64,000 bases of DNA, from NCBI GenBank assembly GCA_951406725.2, contig OX597831.1, positions 41,416,001 to 41,480,000 of the forward strand, in the 5' to 3' direction. Made by a program: the position numbers and the translations under genes. Source of the stretch: Octopus vulgaris. Lineage: Eukaryota. The notes beneath the pieces are model-generated. The model was not told where the DNA came from and did not search any database. It saw nothing but the letters and a program-made list of their open reading frames with translations. Positions within the stretch are counted from its first letter, which is position 1. Each line of letters opens with the position of its first letter. Shown in pieces: positions 1 through 12,279 of this stretch.

Positions 1-32
1 TTCCAGAACCTAGATTTCTGGCTCTGCATAAC

Positions 33-165
33 CCTTTCCACTATAGGCACAAGTCCTGAAATTTGGGGGAGGAGAATAGTTGATTACGTCGACCCCAGTA
101 CTCAACTGGAACTTAATTTATCGACTCTGAAAGGATGGAAAGCAAAGTTGACCTTGGCGGAATTT
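33..165 (-). mobile_element. SINE family B (tRNA-derived, Nin/Deu-like core), partial
   Basis: Matches the repeated block tcgaccccagt...ggtacttaatttatcgac...gaaaggatgaaaggcaaagtcgacctcggcggaattt found many times in the window. Confidence 0.75.
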
Positions 166-186
166 ACCTGGGAAAAACATGGATTA

Positions 187-1448
187 CATGGAAAAATGCA
201 AGCAAGAGAAATAATATTCTTAAGATTATAAACCTGGAAAAGTTTAGGACATCTTATTATATCTGGTAAAGTACAGAACAAGAAAATTTTTACTTAAAGT
301 ATTGCACCTCTTATATTCTCCTTTTTTTTTTTCTCTTTTACTTGTTTCAGTCATTTGGCTGCAGCCATGCTGGAGCACCGCCTTTAATCGAGCAACTCGA
401 CCCTGGGACTCATTCTTTGTAAGCCTAATACTTATTCTATCGGTCTCTTTTGCCGAACCGCTAAGTGACGGGGACATAAACACACCAGCATTGGTTGTCA
501 AGCGATGTTGGATGGGACAAACACAGACACACAAACATACACGCACACATATATATATATATATATACATATATACGACGGGCTTCTTTCAGTTTCCGTC
601 TACCAAATCCACTCACATGGCTTTGGTCAGCCCGAGGCTATAGTAGAAGACACTTGCCCAAGTTGCTACGCAGTGGGACTGAACCCGGAACCATGTGGTT
701 GGTAAACAAGCTACTTACCACACAGCCATTCCTGTGCCTAAAGATAAAATTTGAATATTAAAAATTATTTGATTTTAATTTACAAAGTAATATAATTAAA
801 AAAGATACCATGTTAAAATATTGGCACACTAGAATACTTAAAAAATGGGAACCAGGAGTACCAATATAGCTAAAGTTTTATGCAAAGTAGAATAGTATAT
901 ATGGTAGGCAAATTCATTATGTAAAAAATAGGCATTGGGTCAAGACTAAAAATGTGAATACTTGGCAATAACTCAAGCAAATTTTACTGTGAATTTGTTG
1001 CTTTAGGTAGATTTTACTGTAATATATAACTGATTTTTGTATTATTCTACTTATTGTACTAACTAATTATATACTACTATTATTTTTTATAACATATTTT
1101 CAAATTTCTAATTATTAATTAATAATTAAAAAAATTGATTGCTTTTTTGAAGTGCAAAAATATTTTGAGTTATTTTTAATTTTTAATAGAAGTAACAAGT
1201 AATAACAAATAGAAGTAATAACTTGTAATAAAATTTTTAGTTTTAATAAAAGCTGATATTTTCTAAATCTAAATATTTTATTTGAAATTTTATCCTTAGC
1301 AGCAATATTTTAAGTAAAGATATTCTTGTTCTGTACGTTATCAGATGTAATAAGTTGTCTTGAACTTTTCCAAGTGTAAAAACTTGTCCTGTAATTTTCC
1401 GGGTTTATAATCTCAAGAATATTATTTCTCTTGCTTGCATTTTCCTTG
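187..1448. mobile_element. Non-autonomous DNA transposon with ~100-130 bp imperfect TIRs and TA flanks
   Basis: 187-283 (catggaaaaatgcaagcaagagaaataatattctt...gtacagaacaagaa) is the reverse complement of ~1322-1448; TA at 185-186 and 1449-1450; SINE A nested at 333-740. Confidence 0.7.
333..740 (-). mobile_element. SINE family A (tRNA-like head, internal TA/CA microsatellite), full length
   Basis: Reverse complement gives A-box-like tggctgtgtggtaag and B-box-like gggttcagtccc; about 20 similar copies in the window. Confidence 0.9.
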
Positions 1449-1592
1449 TAATGTATGTATGTGTATGTGTGTCTTGAATGCTAAGGCTCATAGGGCTGGC
1501 TACTCAGTTTCTGTGGTGTATAAATGACTGAGATCCCAACATTCACCCTGAACAAGACACCAGTCCATTGCAGAGTTACTTTTTTACAGCCG

Positions 1593-2720
1593 AGTTACTT
1601 TTTTACAGATATATTTTTATCAGTGAGAACACTTACATCTATTAGTCTACAAGCATTTTCTTCTTTGTCTTTAATGACTATATCTGGTCGATTAGCCAGG
1701 ATCGTTCTGTCAGTACTGACTGGAAAATCCCAGAGGATAGTGACATTTTTACCATCAACGACTAGCTCAGGTTGATGCCCCCTACCAGTAAGCAAGAGTG
1801 TTGATTTTGTAGTGTTTACACATTTTCCAATGTAAATATTGTCTTACTGTATCATGGCAATTTTTGTATTCATTTGGTGTCAGCACAGGACATCCTCAGA
1901 CAAGATTCTGTATTGTTGTGTCAAATTAATTGCAGAACCTGCATTTAGGGACAAAACTATTTTGAAGAACATTAACCCAGTAATTTTTGGTAAGCAAGCT
2001 TTGGTCTTGTTCCGCCAATATGAAACTTTCAGTTTCTGTTTTCAGTCCTGAACTTCTTAGCTACTGATTTTTGTATTATTCTACTTTTTGTACTAACTAA
2101 TTATATACTACTACTTGGGCTACATCGGCATTTCAGCTTCAAAATATACACTGCCTATGCTGAAGCTTCTGGCTCCACCACCCCTCAATTTGTTTCTGCC
2201 CATTATTTTTTGCAGTCTGCTTGATCCGTTTTGATTGTCTTTTGACAGTGGTTTCAGATTATTCATCTAATTCAGGGTTAATGCTGAGCTCCCTTGCGAA
2301 TTTGCAAGCTTCCTTGACAATAGAATGTGATGTTTTGATGTTTTCGTGTTTGCACACAAGCCACAGCATCCAATCCTCTGTACTAGAAAAGAACTTGTTC
2401 ATTGTTATTGTGGAGGCCCAAAAGCACAGTTCTACCTGCATCATACCTCTTTCCCCATTATTCCTAGTTAGGTATAGACGATCAACATCTGCTTTTGGGT
2501 GGTGCATATTCTTAGATGTTAGTAGTTTTCTTGTCTTCCTGACCAGTTAATGATGTTAAAACTATATTGGACTTCTGGAAGTGCCAGGGTGTTAATGGCT
2601 TCAATGCAATTTTTGGAGTTGAGTTCAGTTTTTTGGAGTTGAGTATTACTCCCCTGTAATACTCCTTTCTTATTTTTTCCTTCATAGTGGCATGTTGTAT
2701 ACCTTCTCCTTCATTTATCC
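1593..2720 (-). pseudogene. Decayed R4/Dong-like non-LTR retrotransposon (RT C-terminus plus restriction-like endonuclease)
   Basis: Peptides HHPKADVDRLYLTRNNGERG, LRSSGLKTETESFILAEQDQSL and ILWDFPVSTDRTILANRPDIVIKDKEENACRLIDVSV (PD..D endonuclease motif); stops and frameshifts. Confidence 0.85.
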
Positions 2721-2722
2721 TC

Positions 2723-2725
2723 CTC

Positions 2726-2809
<84 letters not shown>

Positions 2810-2838
2810 CCACCACCATCATCATTATCATCATCATC
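2723..2838. repeat. (CAT)n microsatellite
   Basis: Direct read. Confidence 0.95.
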
Positions 2839-3052
2839 AAGATAGTGAGCAGGTAAGATTGTTAGTATGCCAGGCAAAATGCTTATTGGCATTTCGTCTG
2901 TCTTCATATTCTGAGTTCAAATTCTACTTGAGGTTGACTTTGCCTATCATTGTTTCGGGGCCCGATAAAATAAGTACCAGTTGAACACTGGGGTCGATGT
3001 AATTGACTCATCTCCCCTAAAATTGCTGCCCTTGTGGCAAAATTTGAAGCCA
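2838..3052 (+). mobile_element. SINE family B
   Basis: gttagtatgccaggcaaaatgctt...gagttcaaattc...gataaaataagtaccag...ctggggtcgatgtaattgact. Confidence 0.8.
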
Positions 3053-3085
3053 TTACCATCGTCATCATTGTCGTCATCGGTGTCG

Positions 3086-3122
<37 letters not shown>

Positions 3123-3369
3123 TATCATTATTATTATTATGGATATATACTTTCAATCTCATTCATCTTTCCACATTTCAGTTTCCTTTGAAATTCGTTC
3201 AGTGCATTGATATAAAAATAAATTAGCAAAAATAATTTGAGATTGCAGTTTTATTTGTTGGAACAAAGAACAAATATTGAAACACACATATGAAGCTATT
3301 GATTGTATATTTAGTGGTCGTTTGCAAAATGATTTACCATTAATATGGTTAGTTCACATTACTCTGTAA

Positions 3370-3625
3370 AGAGCATAAGGCTGGCTTCCTGGTTTCTCTG
3401 GCTGGCCTTGCGGTTTCTCTGGCTGGCCTTGCGGTTTCTCTGGTTGGCTTTGTGGTTTCTCTCCCTAGACAGAACACAGGTCCTTTGCTGGATTACTGAT
3501 TATTACCAACATGAAATGAAGTGTTTTGCTCATGAACACAAGACATTGTCTGGCCTAGGAATCGAAACCACAATCTTGCAATCATGAATCAAACACCCTA
3601 ACCACTATGCCATGCACCTCCACTT
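3370..3625 (-). mobile_element. SINE family C remnant with internal 21-bp tandem repeat
   Basis: tRNA-like head on minus strand (gtggaggtgcatggcatagtggttaggg...gtttcgattcc); ggctggccttgcggtttctct about 4 times at ~3379-3461. Confidence 0.65.
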
Positions 3626-4489
3626 ATGTTCTGAGTCCCATTCATATGCAACACAGAATTGAGAGAAGCATGGTTAGGTGGACTTTCTGCCTCATGTTGC
3701 TGAAAGGAGAGCAAAACTGAATTCTGATGCCAAGATTGGATTTTCCATGAATTTGAAGTTGTATGGAATTGTAGCACAGATGGTTAAGTGATAGTTGCAC
3801 TTTCATCCATCCGTATACAACACAGTTGGGTAACCTCCCTTGGCAGCTAAGTGTTTATAGGCTATCCCTATAGGTGGTGTCTTTTCAGCCATTAGCATTA
3901 GTTGCACGTCAAAAAGGGAATCAGTTGGTGATTGACAAGCAGCATCATCAGACGTGTGTGTGACTCTCTCAGGATTTATGCTACACGTGTGCCTTCAACA
4001 CGTTATCTATTAGAACGATTAGCCCATCTCAAAAGGATGATTATTTTTAAGGGCCATTTCCTCAAGTTCCCTTTTTTAAAAATTTTACCTGAAGTAAACC
4101 CTATTGTTAATTACTAGGAGAACGATATGGCATGTTTGGAAACACATCTGTTATTACATTTCTTGTAACCCTTGTAAAATCTCTCTAGGATGTTTGAGTC
4201 ATGTTCTGTACCGGAATAAACTCGTATATTTATTGGAGCCCTTTGAGTGACTTGTTTCTTTTCTTGTAAGAAAATACGAAGGGAATTCAACGTGAAGTGC
4301 TGAGAAGGGGACGCGGAATGTCAAGAGAGAAAACTAAGTATCCAGCATGACCACTTGTTACAGAATGAATGTAAAATGGTAAATCAAAGTCTTTCAGTAA
4401 CCCATTGGGTACCCATTGCAATCTTCACAGACCAAGCAAAACGATCTCCTATTGATGCTGTTGTTGATTTTAATCTGCACCTTTTTTGC

Positions 4490-4803
4490 CTTTTGCTTGT
4501 TTCAGTTATTAGACTGTGGCCTTGCTGGAGCACCAGTTTGAAGGATTTGGTCGAACAAATTGATCCCAGCACATATTTTAAGTTTGGTACTTATCTTATC
4601 AGTCTCTATTGCTGAAGCACTAAGCTACTGGAATGTAAATAAACCAACACTGCTTGTCAAGTGGTGGTAAGGGACAAACACTAGCGCAAAGACACACACA
4701 CACATACACATGTGCACCAACACACACACACATATACGATGGGCTACCACATGGTTTCTGTCTACCTAATTCACCCACACAGCATTGGTCAGCCTGGGGC
4801 TAT
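4490..4803 (-). mobile_element. SINE family A, diverged partial
   Basis: Similarity to 333-740. Confidence 0.7.
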
Positions 4804-5342
4804 AACAAGCTGATGATGATGATGATAATATCTACCTACTCATTGATGAACCATTTATAGCCATTCATTGTTAGCCATCTACAAAACTAATTTTGCTCCA
4901 GTCACGGTTGAAGTCGAAGTTTTAGTAGTGAACCAGCCCGAGCATTTATTGTATATGCCAATTACATTACATCATTAGATGCAGTCTAATCTGTATTCTA
5001 TATAAATCTATCTGAATTAAGTACCCAGATGATATGAAGATTAAATAGAAAACTTCAATATGGGTTAAGAAGAAAGTTTTAACACTGTTTAACTACACAA
5101 CATTAATGGCTTCTTTTTTAAAACACACTCACATACTGTCACTACACTTTTGGTACTCTGTGTGGTTTGTGACAGAACTGTGTGCTATTGCCTATACACA
5201 AATAAATCAGTTGAGTAGAAGAGACCTATTTTACCTAAATGGCTGACATTAAGATTTATGGGCTATTATTGCAAAGCCACCTTGTCCTGGAAGCTGTAAT
5301 AGCAAAGTGACAAAGACTTTTTCCAATAGATAATCCATGTTT

Positions 5343-5711
5343 GCTCTCTCTCTCTCTCTCTGCATATGGGTATGTATCTTTCTCTCTCTCACATTCTTTC
5401 CCTATGTATCTCCCTCTTTGTTTGTACTTGTGTGTGTCTCTCTCTATCTTGTTCTCTTTCTGTCTCTATTTCTCATTTGCTCTCTCTCTCTTTGCTTCTG
5501 TCTCTCTCTATCTCTTTTTCTGTCTGTGTATGTCTCTATCTCTTTCTCTGTCTGTGTCTGTCTCTCTCTTACTCTCTTTCTCTCCGTCTCCATCACTGTA
5601 TGTCTCCTTCTTTGTCTGCGTCTCTCTCTCTCTCTCTTTCTGTCTCTCTATTCATCATTCGCTTTCTCTCTCTGTCTCTCTCTCTCTTTCTGTCTCTCTA
5701 TTCATCATTCA

Positions 5712-5754
<43 letters not shown>

Positions 5755-5775
5755 CTCCCTCTCCTTGCTCTCTTT
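5343..5775. repeat. Degenerate (CT)n/(CTGT)n low-complexity tract
   Basis: Direct read. Confidence 0.9.
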
Positions 5776-5879
5776 CATTTATTTATTTATATATTTGTCT
5801 ATACATCACGCCAAGCTAAGTGCTCTGGGAAAATGGTTTACAATAAATCTCTGGCAGGCAGACTTTTCCATGTGATTTG

Positions 5880-6095
5880 TAGTAACTGACCAAATGAGAG
5901 AAGTCTTAGGAATGGCAGAGAGTGATGTTGGAAGATCTCATTCAGTTTAATTCTTGGCACAATACCATTTACTTCATAATGTTCACCTTCTGCAACAATT
6001 TTACCTTTAATCATATGTTCATGCAAATAGGTTACTGGAATTCTTGTTCCATTACAAAGTTCATTATCCTTATTTAAATTTTGCAATATCCTTAT
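5880..6095 (-). pseudogene. Helitron-type PIF1 helicase fragment
   Basis: LQNLNKDNELCNGTRIPVTYLHEHMIKGKIV...IVPRIKL...SLPF resembles the Helitron RNL...LCNGTRL...IPRI...LPF block; SFGQL resembles SHGQLY. Confidence 0.75.
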
Positions 6096-6428
6096 TCTCT
6101 TCTTTTAGAAAAAAAATGGTATTTATTCTTCTTTGTGAGGGTACCTGGCCTAGTGGTTAGGTATTGCACTCATAATTGCAAGATCATGGTTTCAATCCCT
6201 GGACAAGGTGGTGCATTGTTTTCTTGTGTTCACATCGCTTTGTAATCACTTCAACATCTGACATGTGGCTCACTGTACACCTGTGCAGGTAATGTCGATT
6301 TGATCAGTATAACAAAATCATTTGTGCAGGTTGTTGAGCAAGAAATAGATTTTACTTACCTTGATGCATCTTCTCAAGTACAGCAAACCTCCACAACTCT
6401 CAGTTCCTTGTCATTACATCAAAAAGAT

Positions 6429-6610
6429 AAGGTGGCGGTCTGGCAGAATTGTTAGCATGCCACTATGTTCTGAGTTCAAATTCCGCCAAGGTCAACTTTG
6501 CTTTCCATCCTTTCAGAGTCGATAAATTAAGTTCCAGTTGAGTACTGGGGTCGATGTAATCAACCATTCTCCTCCCCCAAATTTCAGGACTTGTGCCTAT
6601 AGTGGAAAGG
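6429..6610 (+). mobile_element. SINE family B
   Basis: aaggtggcggtctggcagaattgttagc...gagttcaaattccgcc...gtcgataaattaag. Confidence 0.8.
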
Positions 6611-6773
6611 GTTATGCAGAGCCAGAAATCCAGGATCTGGAATTATCCAGTAATTTTTTTGCTAGTTTATTTTGTCTTTTTGTCTTCTCTCCTGGTGCTG
6701 TATGAACTTTTAATGTGGTTTTAGAGTCAAGTTTTGGCTGCTATTTCAAGCATGGTGGTATCTCTTAGATACC

Positions 6774-6806
<33 letters not shown>

Positions 6807-6809
<3 letters not shown>

Positions 6810-7196
6810 GAGTGGCTGTGTGGTAAGTAGCTTGCTTACCAACCACATGGTTCCGGGTTCAGTCACACTGCGTATCTTCTATTATAGCCTCAGGCCAACC
6901 AAAGCCTTGTGAGTGGATTTGGTAGATGGAAACTGAAAGAAGCCCGTCGTATATATGTATATATATATATGTGTGTGTGTGTGTGTTTGTGTATCTGTGT
7001 TTTTCCCCCCAACACCGCTTGACAACCGATGCTGGTGTGTTTACATCCCTGTAACTTAGCGGTTCGGCAAAAGAGACCAATAGAATAAGTACTAGGCTTA
7101 CAAAGAATAAGTCCTGGGGTAGGTTTCCTTGACTAAAGGCAGTGCTCCAGCATGGCCACAGTCAAATGACTGAAACAAGTTAAAGAGTAAAAGAGT
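6807..7196 (+). mobile_element. SINE family A, near full length
   Basis: High identity to the other copies; small internal deletion after the B-box. Confidence 0.9.
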
Positions 7197-7674
7197 ATAA
7201 GATGTAAAAGGGATATATAGATCCAGACATATATACATAAAATAAAGCTAATAAAACTTATTTTAATTCTCTGATGAGGGCGGGGTTTTCTTTGTAATGA
7301 TGTAATGCTTTCATTGATTGGTGATAATGAATTGACACTTTTGTTACTCATTTATATTTTACTCATCTACCCTGAAATCTGCACTTCAGAAGTATTTGGA
7401 AAGTATCTTTATATAAAGCACATGTCTGAACAAACAAGAGCGGATTTTATTCACTAAGTTGGAGTGTGCTATCTGCATACACTACATGAATATCAGGTGG
7501 AAAATGTTGTACGTAGAGTTTGAAACTCACCTAATATTGTCTGATTGTCTGAGTGTGCAAATAAGTTTGTCCTAACAAGGTACCTCAATTTAAGTACCTA
7601 ATTCAACTAGATCTAAAATTCACATTTATATATACATACATATATATATACATACATATATATATATACATATT

Positions 7675-7812
7675 CCTTTTCCTATGTTTCTGACGAAGAG
7701 CTCCGCTCGAAACGTAAAACCCTCCTTCTTCCCTTCCTTCGTGAGTGTCCAATAATACTATATTTGTTCCACGTTGTGTTTTCTCTTTGTGTATTCATGT
7801 TTGGATTAACTT
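7675..7812 (+). mobile_element. Penelope-like pseudo-LTR fragment in a (TA)n tract
   Basis: Second copy on the opposite strand at 10828-11020; contains a hammerhead motif; TA repeats on both sides. Confidence 0.6.
7686..7720 (+). ncRNA. Minimal type I hammerhead ribozyme motif
   Basis: gttt-CTGACGA-a-gagc(tcc)gctc-GAAA-cg-TA-aaac: stem I, core, stem II and palindromic ACGT stem III; predicted cut after 7716. Confidence 0.75.
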
Positions 7813-7904
7813 TATATATATATATATATAAATATATATATATCATGCCAGTATGGAAAATGTATTTTAAATGATGATGATAATAAAGATATACTGTGTG
7901 ATAT

Positions 7905-8460
7905 ATATATATGTGTGTGTGTGTGTGTGTTTGTATGTCTGTGTTTGTCCCCCCAACATCGCTTGACAACCGATGCTGGTGTGTTTACATCCCTGTAACT
8001 TAGCGGTTTGGCAAAAGAGACCGATAGAATAAGTACTAGGCACAGTACCAGCAGAATTCCAGGTTCAGTCTTGCTGCAAGGTACCTTAGGCAACGGCCTT
8101 CTACTATAAGCCTCAAGCTGAGCAAAGCCTTGTGAGTGAATTTGGTAGATAGAAACTAAAAGACGCCCGTTGTGTAAACGCATGCACACACACACACATA
8201 TGAATGTATATGTATAAGTATGTGTGTATATATGTGTGTTTGTCTTTGTGTAAGTGTTTGTCCCATACCAGCACTTGACAACCAGTGTTGGTTTGTTTAC
8301 ATCCCTGTAACTTAGTTGTTCGACAAAAGAGACCAGCAGGATAAGTACCAAGCTTTAAAAAAATGAAAAAAGAGGGTCCTGTTTGTTCAAATAAACCTTT
8401 CGAGGCAGTGCTCCAGCATGGACACAGACCAATGAGGGAAACAAGAAAAAGATAAACAAT
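7905..8460 (+). mobile_element. SINE family A: 3' half followed by a diverged second copy
   Basis: Similarity to family A copies. Confidence 0.75.
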
Positions 8461-8477
8461 GAAAGATAAAAACATTG

Positions 8478-8826
8478 ACTGGCTTGACTGGCTTCTGTGC
8501 CAGTGGCACGTAAAAAGCACCATCCAAACGTGGTCCGATGCCAGCGCCGCCCTGACTGGCTTCTGTGCCGGTGGCACGTTAAAAGCACCAACCGATCGTG
8601 GCTGCTGCCAGACTCTCCTAGCACCTGTGCCGGTGGCATGTAAAAAGCACCCACTACACTCACGGAGTGGTTGGCGTTAGGAAGGGCATCCAGCTGTAGA
8701 AACACTGTCAGATCAAACTGGAGCCTGGTGCAGCCTCCTGGCTTTCCAGACCCCGGTCGAACCGTCCAACCCGTGCTAGCACGGAAAACGGACGTTAAAA
8801 GATGATGATGATGATGATGATGATGA
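8478..8826 (+). mobile_element. SINE-like family D with (GAT)n tail
   Basis: Repeated gtgccggtggcacgtaaaaagcacc units, tggttggcgttaggaagggcatccagctgtag, ends gacgttaaa(gat)n; 5 or more copies in the window. Confidence 0.8.
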
Positions 8827-8855
8827 TATATATATATATATATATACCATATATT

Positions 8856-9107
8856 ATTGTTATTAAGCAAAAGTGTCATAAGTCCAAATCGTTGCTTTTT
8901 CAGAAAACGAAAAAATAGCTTCGTCATTCCATAGCAAAATTGTTGTACTACACTTTGACAATTTTTGATATCTTGGCATTGGAAGCAGCTGGAGATACTA
9001 TAGTTTGACCAAAAGAACCAGCTATTGCAAACAAAAATAAATATTGAAAAAAAAAAAAAACACATTTGGCCAAATTTGGACATACGACAGTTTAACATAA
9101 TAGCAAC
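8856..9107. mobile_element. ~250-bp MITE with ~33-bp imperfect TIRs (copy 1)
   Basis: Reverse-complement homolog of 51734-51986; ends are mutually inverted. Confidence 0.7.
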
Positions 9108-9144
9108 GTGTGTGTGTGTATATATATGTGTGTGTGTGTGTGTG

Positions 9145-9422
9145 CTGCCTGACTGGCTCCCATGCTGGTAGCATGTAAAAAGCACCATTTGAGTATAGTC
9201 GATGCCTGTACTGCCTGACTGGCCCCTGTGCTGGTGGCACGTAAAAAGCACCTACTACACTCTTGGAGTGGTTGGCATTAGGAAAGGCATCTAGCTGTAA
9301 AAACATTGCTAGATCAGACTGGAGCCTGGTACACCCTCTGGCTTGCCAGTCCTCAGTCAAACCATCCAACCCATGCCAGCATGGAAAGCAGACGTTAAAC
9401 GATGATGACGATGATGATGATA
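9145..9422 (+). mobile_element. SINE-like family D
   Basis: Similarity to 8478-8826, (GAT)n tail. Confidence 0.8.
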
Positions 9423-9756
9423 AGGTATAATACCACAAAGTATGGACTCTACATAGTTACCAGTAAATTAAAATATTTAGTACAGCAACATTAATTCTTT
9501 ATCATGTATTTATCAATAACCATCTTTATATTTATGAATATGCGTTAATTATAGAACAATTAAACAAATCACAAAAATTGCATAAGACAATTATATGAAG
9601 CAATACTTATTTAATGCCAGGTTATCTCCTGATTCGGTAAATATTCTAATTTGTTATTAATTATTTATTAAGCACTTAGTGCTATTAGGCTTCTGATTAG
9701 ATTAGTCAATCTATATTCTTGTCCAACACAATATACATGCTTAATACCAATATTGG

Positions 9757-10150
9757 TGTAAGTGTGGCTGTGTGGCAAGAAGCTTGCTTCTCAACCACAT
9801 GGTTTTAGGTTCAGTTCCAATGCATGGCACCCGGGCAAATGCCTTCTACTATAGCTTCAGGCTGACCAAAGCCTTGTGAGTGGATTTGGCAGATGGAAAT
9901 GGAAAGAAGCCCATCATATATATAAATTTGTGTGTGTGTGTGTGTGTGTGTGTGTCTCATCACCGCTTGACAACCAGTGTTGTGGTGTTTATGTCTCTAC
10001 AACTTAGCAGTTTGGCAACAGAGACCAACAGAATAAGTACTAGGCTTAAAGGATAAGTCCTGAGGTTGATTTGTTTGACTAAAAAAAAAAAAATCCTAAA
10101 GGCAATGCTCCAGCATGTCTGCAGTCAAATGACTGAAACAAATAAAAGAA
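9757..10150 (+). mobile_element. SINE family A
   Basis: Similarity along the full length. Confidence 0.85.
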
Positions 10151-10827
10151 TACAGACTGTTTGGGCTAAATTTGACAGTTTGCATCAATCCTTTTGATAC
10201 CAACCAGCCTGAAAATGCCCTTGGTTCGGTGAAACACACTTTTTGTTTTAATGCAATTTAAATCAAAGCCTTGTATCAAAATTCCATGTTGATTTATGTT
10301 CCAGGCACCAACTTAATAAAGTCAAAGATATACTAAATTCCTTCTTATTTTAATAATAACCAACTGTCTTAAATACTGAAGGATACATAAGGCAACGTAG
10401 TTTCTGATATACACAAAAGACATGTTGTTCAAAAATGGACTGCTTTTGATCATAGTCTCTGCTGTGTCAGGGTCAGCCTGGGGCTTAACAACAATTCTTT
10501 ATTTTAATAAAACCTACACTTATTTGTTCCTCTTACAAAATAATTTTTACTCTCTAGGCGAATGAAAATACATTCTATATATTTATAAAAGATATATGTT
10601 CAGGTCTTGGCACAGCTGTGTTGTTAAGATGTTTGCTTCCCACCCACATGGTTCCGGGTTCAATCTCACTGTGTGGCACCTTGGTTGGGTGTTTCCTAAT
10701 ACAGCTTTAGTCTGACCATAGCCTTGTGTGCAGGTTTTGTTGGGGGAAACTGAAAGAAGCCCTTCATGTGTATGTATGTATGTATGTGTGTGTGTGTGTA
10801 TGTATATATATATATATATATATATAT

Positions 10828-11020
10828 TGTTAATCCAAACATGAAAGCACAAAAAAACACAACAACGCGAGGATGTGGAACAAATATAGTATTATTGGAC
10901 GCTCAGGAAAGAAGGAAAGAAAGAGGGTTTAACGTTTTGAGCGGAGCTCTTCGTTGGAAACATAGGAGAAGGGAAGACAGAGGAAAAAAAATCGCCAACG
11001 GTACACACGCGGTCACATTT
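10828..11020 (-). mobile_element. Penelope-like pseudo-LTR fragment with mutated hammerhead (10927-10961)
   Basis: Homolog of 7675-7812; minus strand reads gttt-CCAACGA-a-gagc(tcc)gctc-AAAA-cg-TT-aaac; follows the TA tract of a half SINE A (10605-10770). Confidence 0.6.
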
Positions 11021-11171
11021 CGAATATATTCATGTGCTTTTCTCAGACTGTTTCTTTTCCTTTTCTCCAGACCTTTCCTCCTTCACACGTACAACCAGTG
11101 TATGTCAAGAGAAGTATGACAACCAAAGTGTTAAAAGAAAGAAATCACAACATCCTGATATATGTATCTGT

Positions 11172-11420
11172 GGAGGCATGTGGCTTAGTGGTCAGGGTGT
11201 TGGACTCATGATTGTAAGATTGTGGTCTCAATTCCTGGACTGGGCAATGCGTTGTGTTCTTGAGCAAAACACTTCATTTCACATTGCTCCAGTCCACTCA
11301 GCTGGCAAAAATGAGTAATCTTGTGACTGACTGGTGTTCCGTCCAGGTGGGAGAATATATATGCCACGGAAATTGAGAAAGTGACCCTCGTGGGTTGGTG
11401 TGACTCAAGAAGGTAACCTT
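11172..11420 (+). mobile_element. SINE family C (tRNA-derived)
   Basis: ggaggcatgtggcttagtggtcagggtgttggactc...tctcaattcctggac...cttgagcaaaacacttcatttcacattgctccagtccactcagctg. Confidence 0.8.
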
Positions 11421-11444
11421 TACCTTTACTTTTTTGATATATGT

Positions 11445-11672
11445 ATCTTATTTCTTTATTGCCCACTAGGGGCTAAACATAGAGGAGACAAACAAGGACA
11501 AACAAAGGGATTAAGTCGATTACATCGATCCCAGTATGTAACTGGTACTTAATTTATCGACCCTGAAAGAATGAAAGGCAAAGTCAACCTCGGCAGAATT
11601 TGAACTCAGAACGTAATGGCAGACGAAATACTGCTAAGCATTTCGTTTGGCGATCTAACATTTCTGCCGGCT
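11445..11672 (-). mobile_element. SINE family B
   Basis: Family B core and head. Confidence 0.85.
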
Positions 11673-12279
11673 TGTGAGTGCATGCATGTTACAACTGTAT
11701 GCACTTCCTGTTGCCAACCCCCACATATTTTCGAACATAGTATTAATTTCCCATAACGCAACATGTTTTCACAGAAGACTGCTGGAAATGGAGGGCAATG
11801 CGTGCATAATGGTGTTACTCATTAACAAATATCAAACTGCCACCTTACCTTCACATTGTTCGATATTTGTCAACAAGTAACACCATCATGCACGCATTGC
11901 CCTTCATTTCTGGTCTTCTGTGAAAACATGTCTCATTATTGGAAATGATTACCGTGTTTGGAAACACGTGAGGGTTGGCAACAAGAAGTGCATACATTTG
12001 TAAAAACTGTATCCTAACAAATTTCATCGAACCCATGCTTGGCTGGCTTCATTCTCTCGCTTGATGGGGTTGGGTTTATTCCAAGTTAGTGGTCACAGAA
12101 GTGTCATCATGTGTAGAGCCAGCCAAGTCCACTAGTGTTCTCCATCACTGGCGGTCCCGTACCAGCCCCTCTGTATCCATACAAGCATGGAAAAGTGGAC
12201 ATAAAAAAAAAACAATGAAAATGATAATAATATTGGTGTTCTTTATCGTTTTTAGAAATAAATTGAATATAAGCAACTA

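Noticed and set aside
3700-4470. Unique-looking sequence, possible host exon
   Set aside because: Only short ORFs and no recognisable motif; a small exon cannot be excluded without RNA data
7265-7300. CTGATGA hammerhead core
   Set aside because: No closing stem II or GAAA downstream
8355-9251. 298-aa ORF
   Set aside because: Chance read-through of SINE D, a MITE and microsatellites; no domain signal
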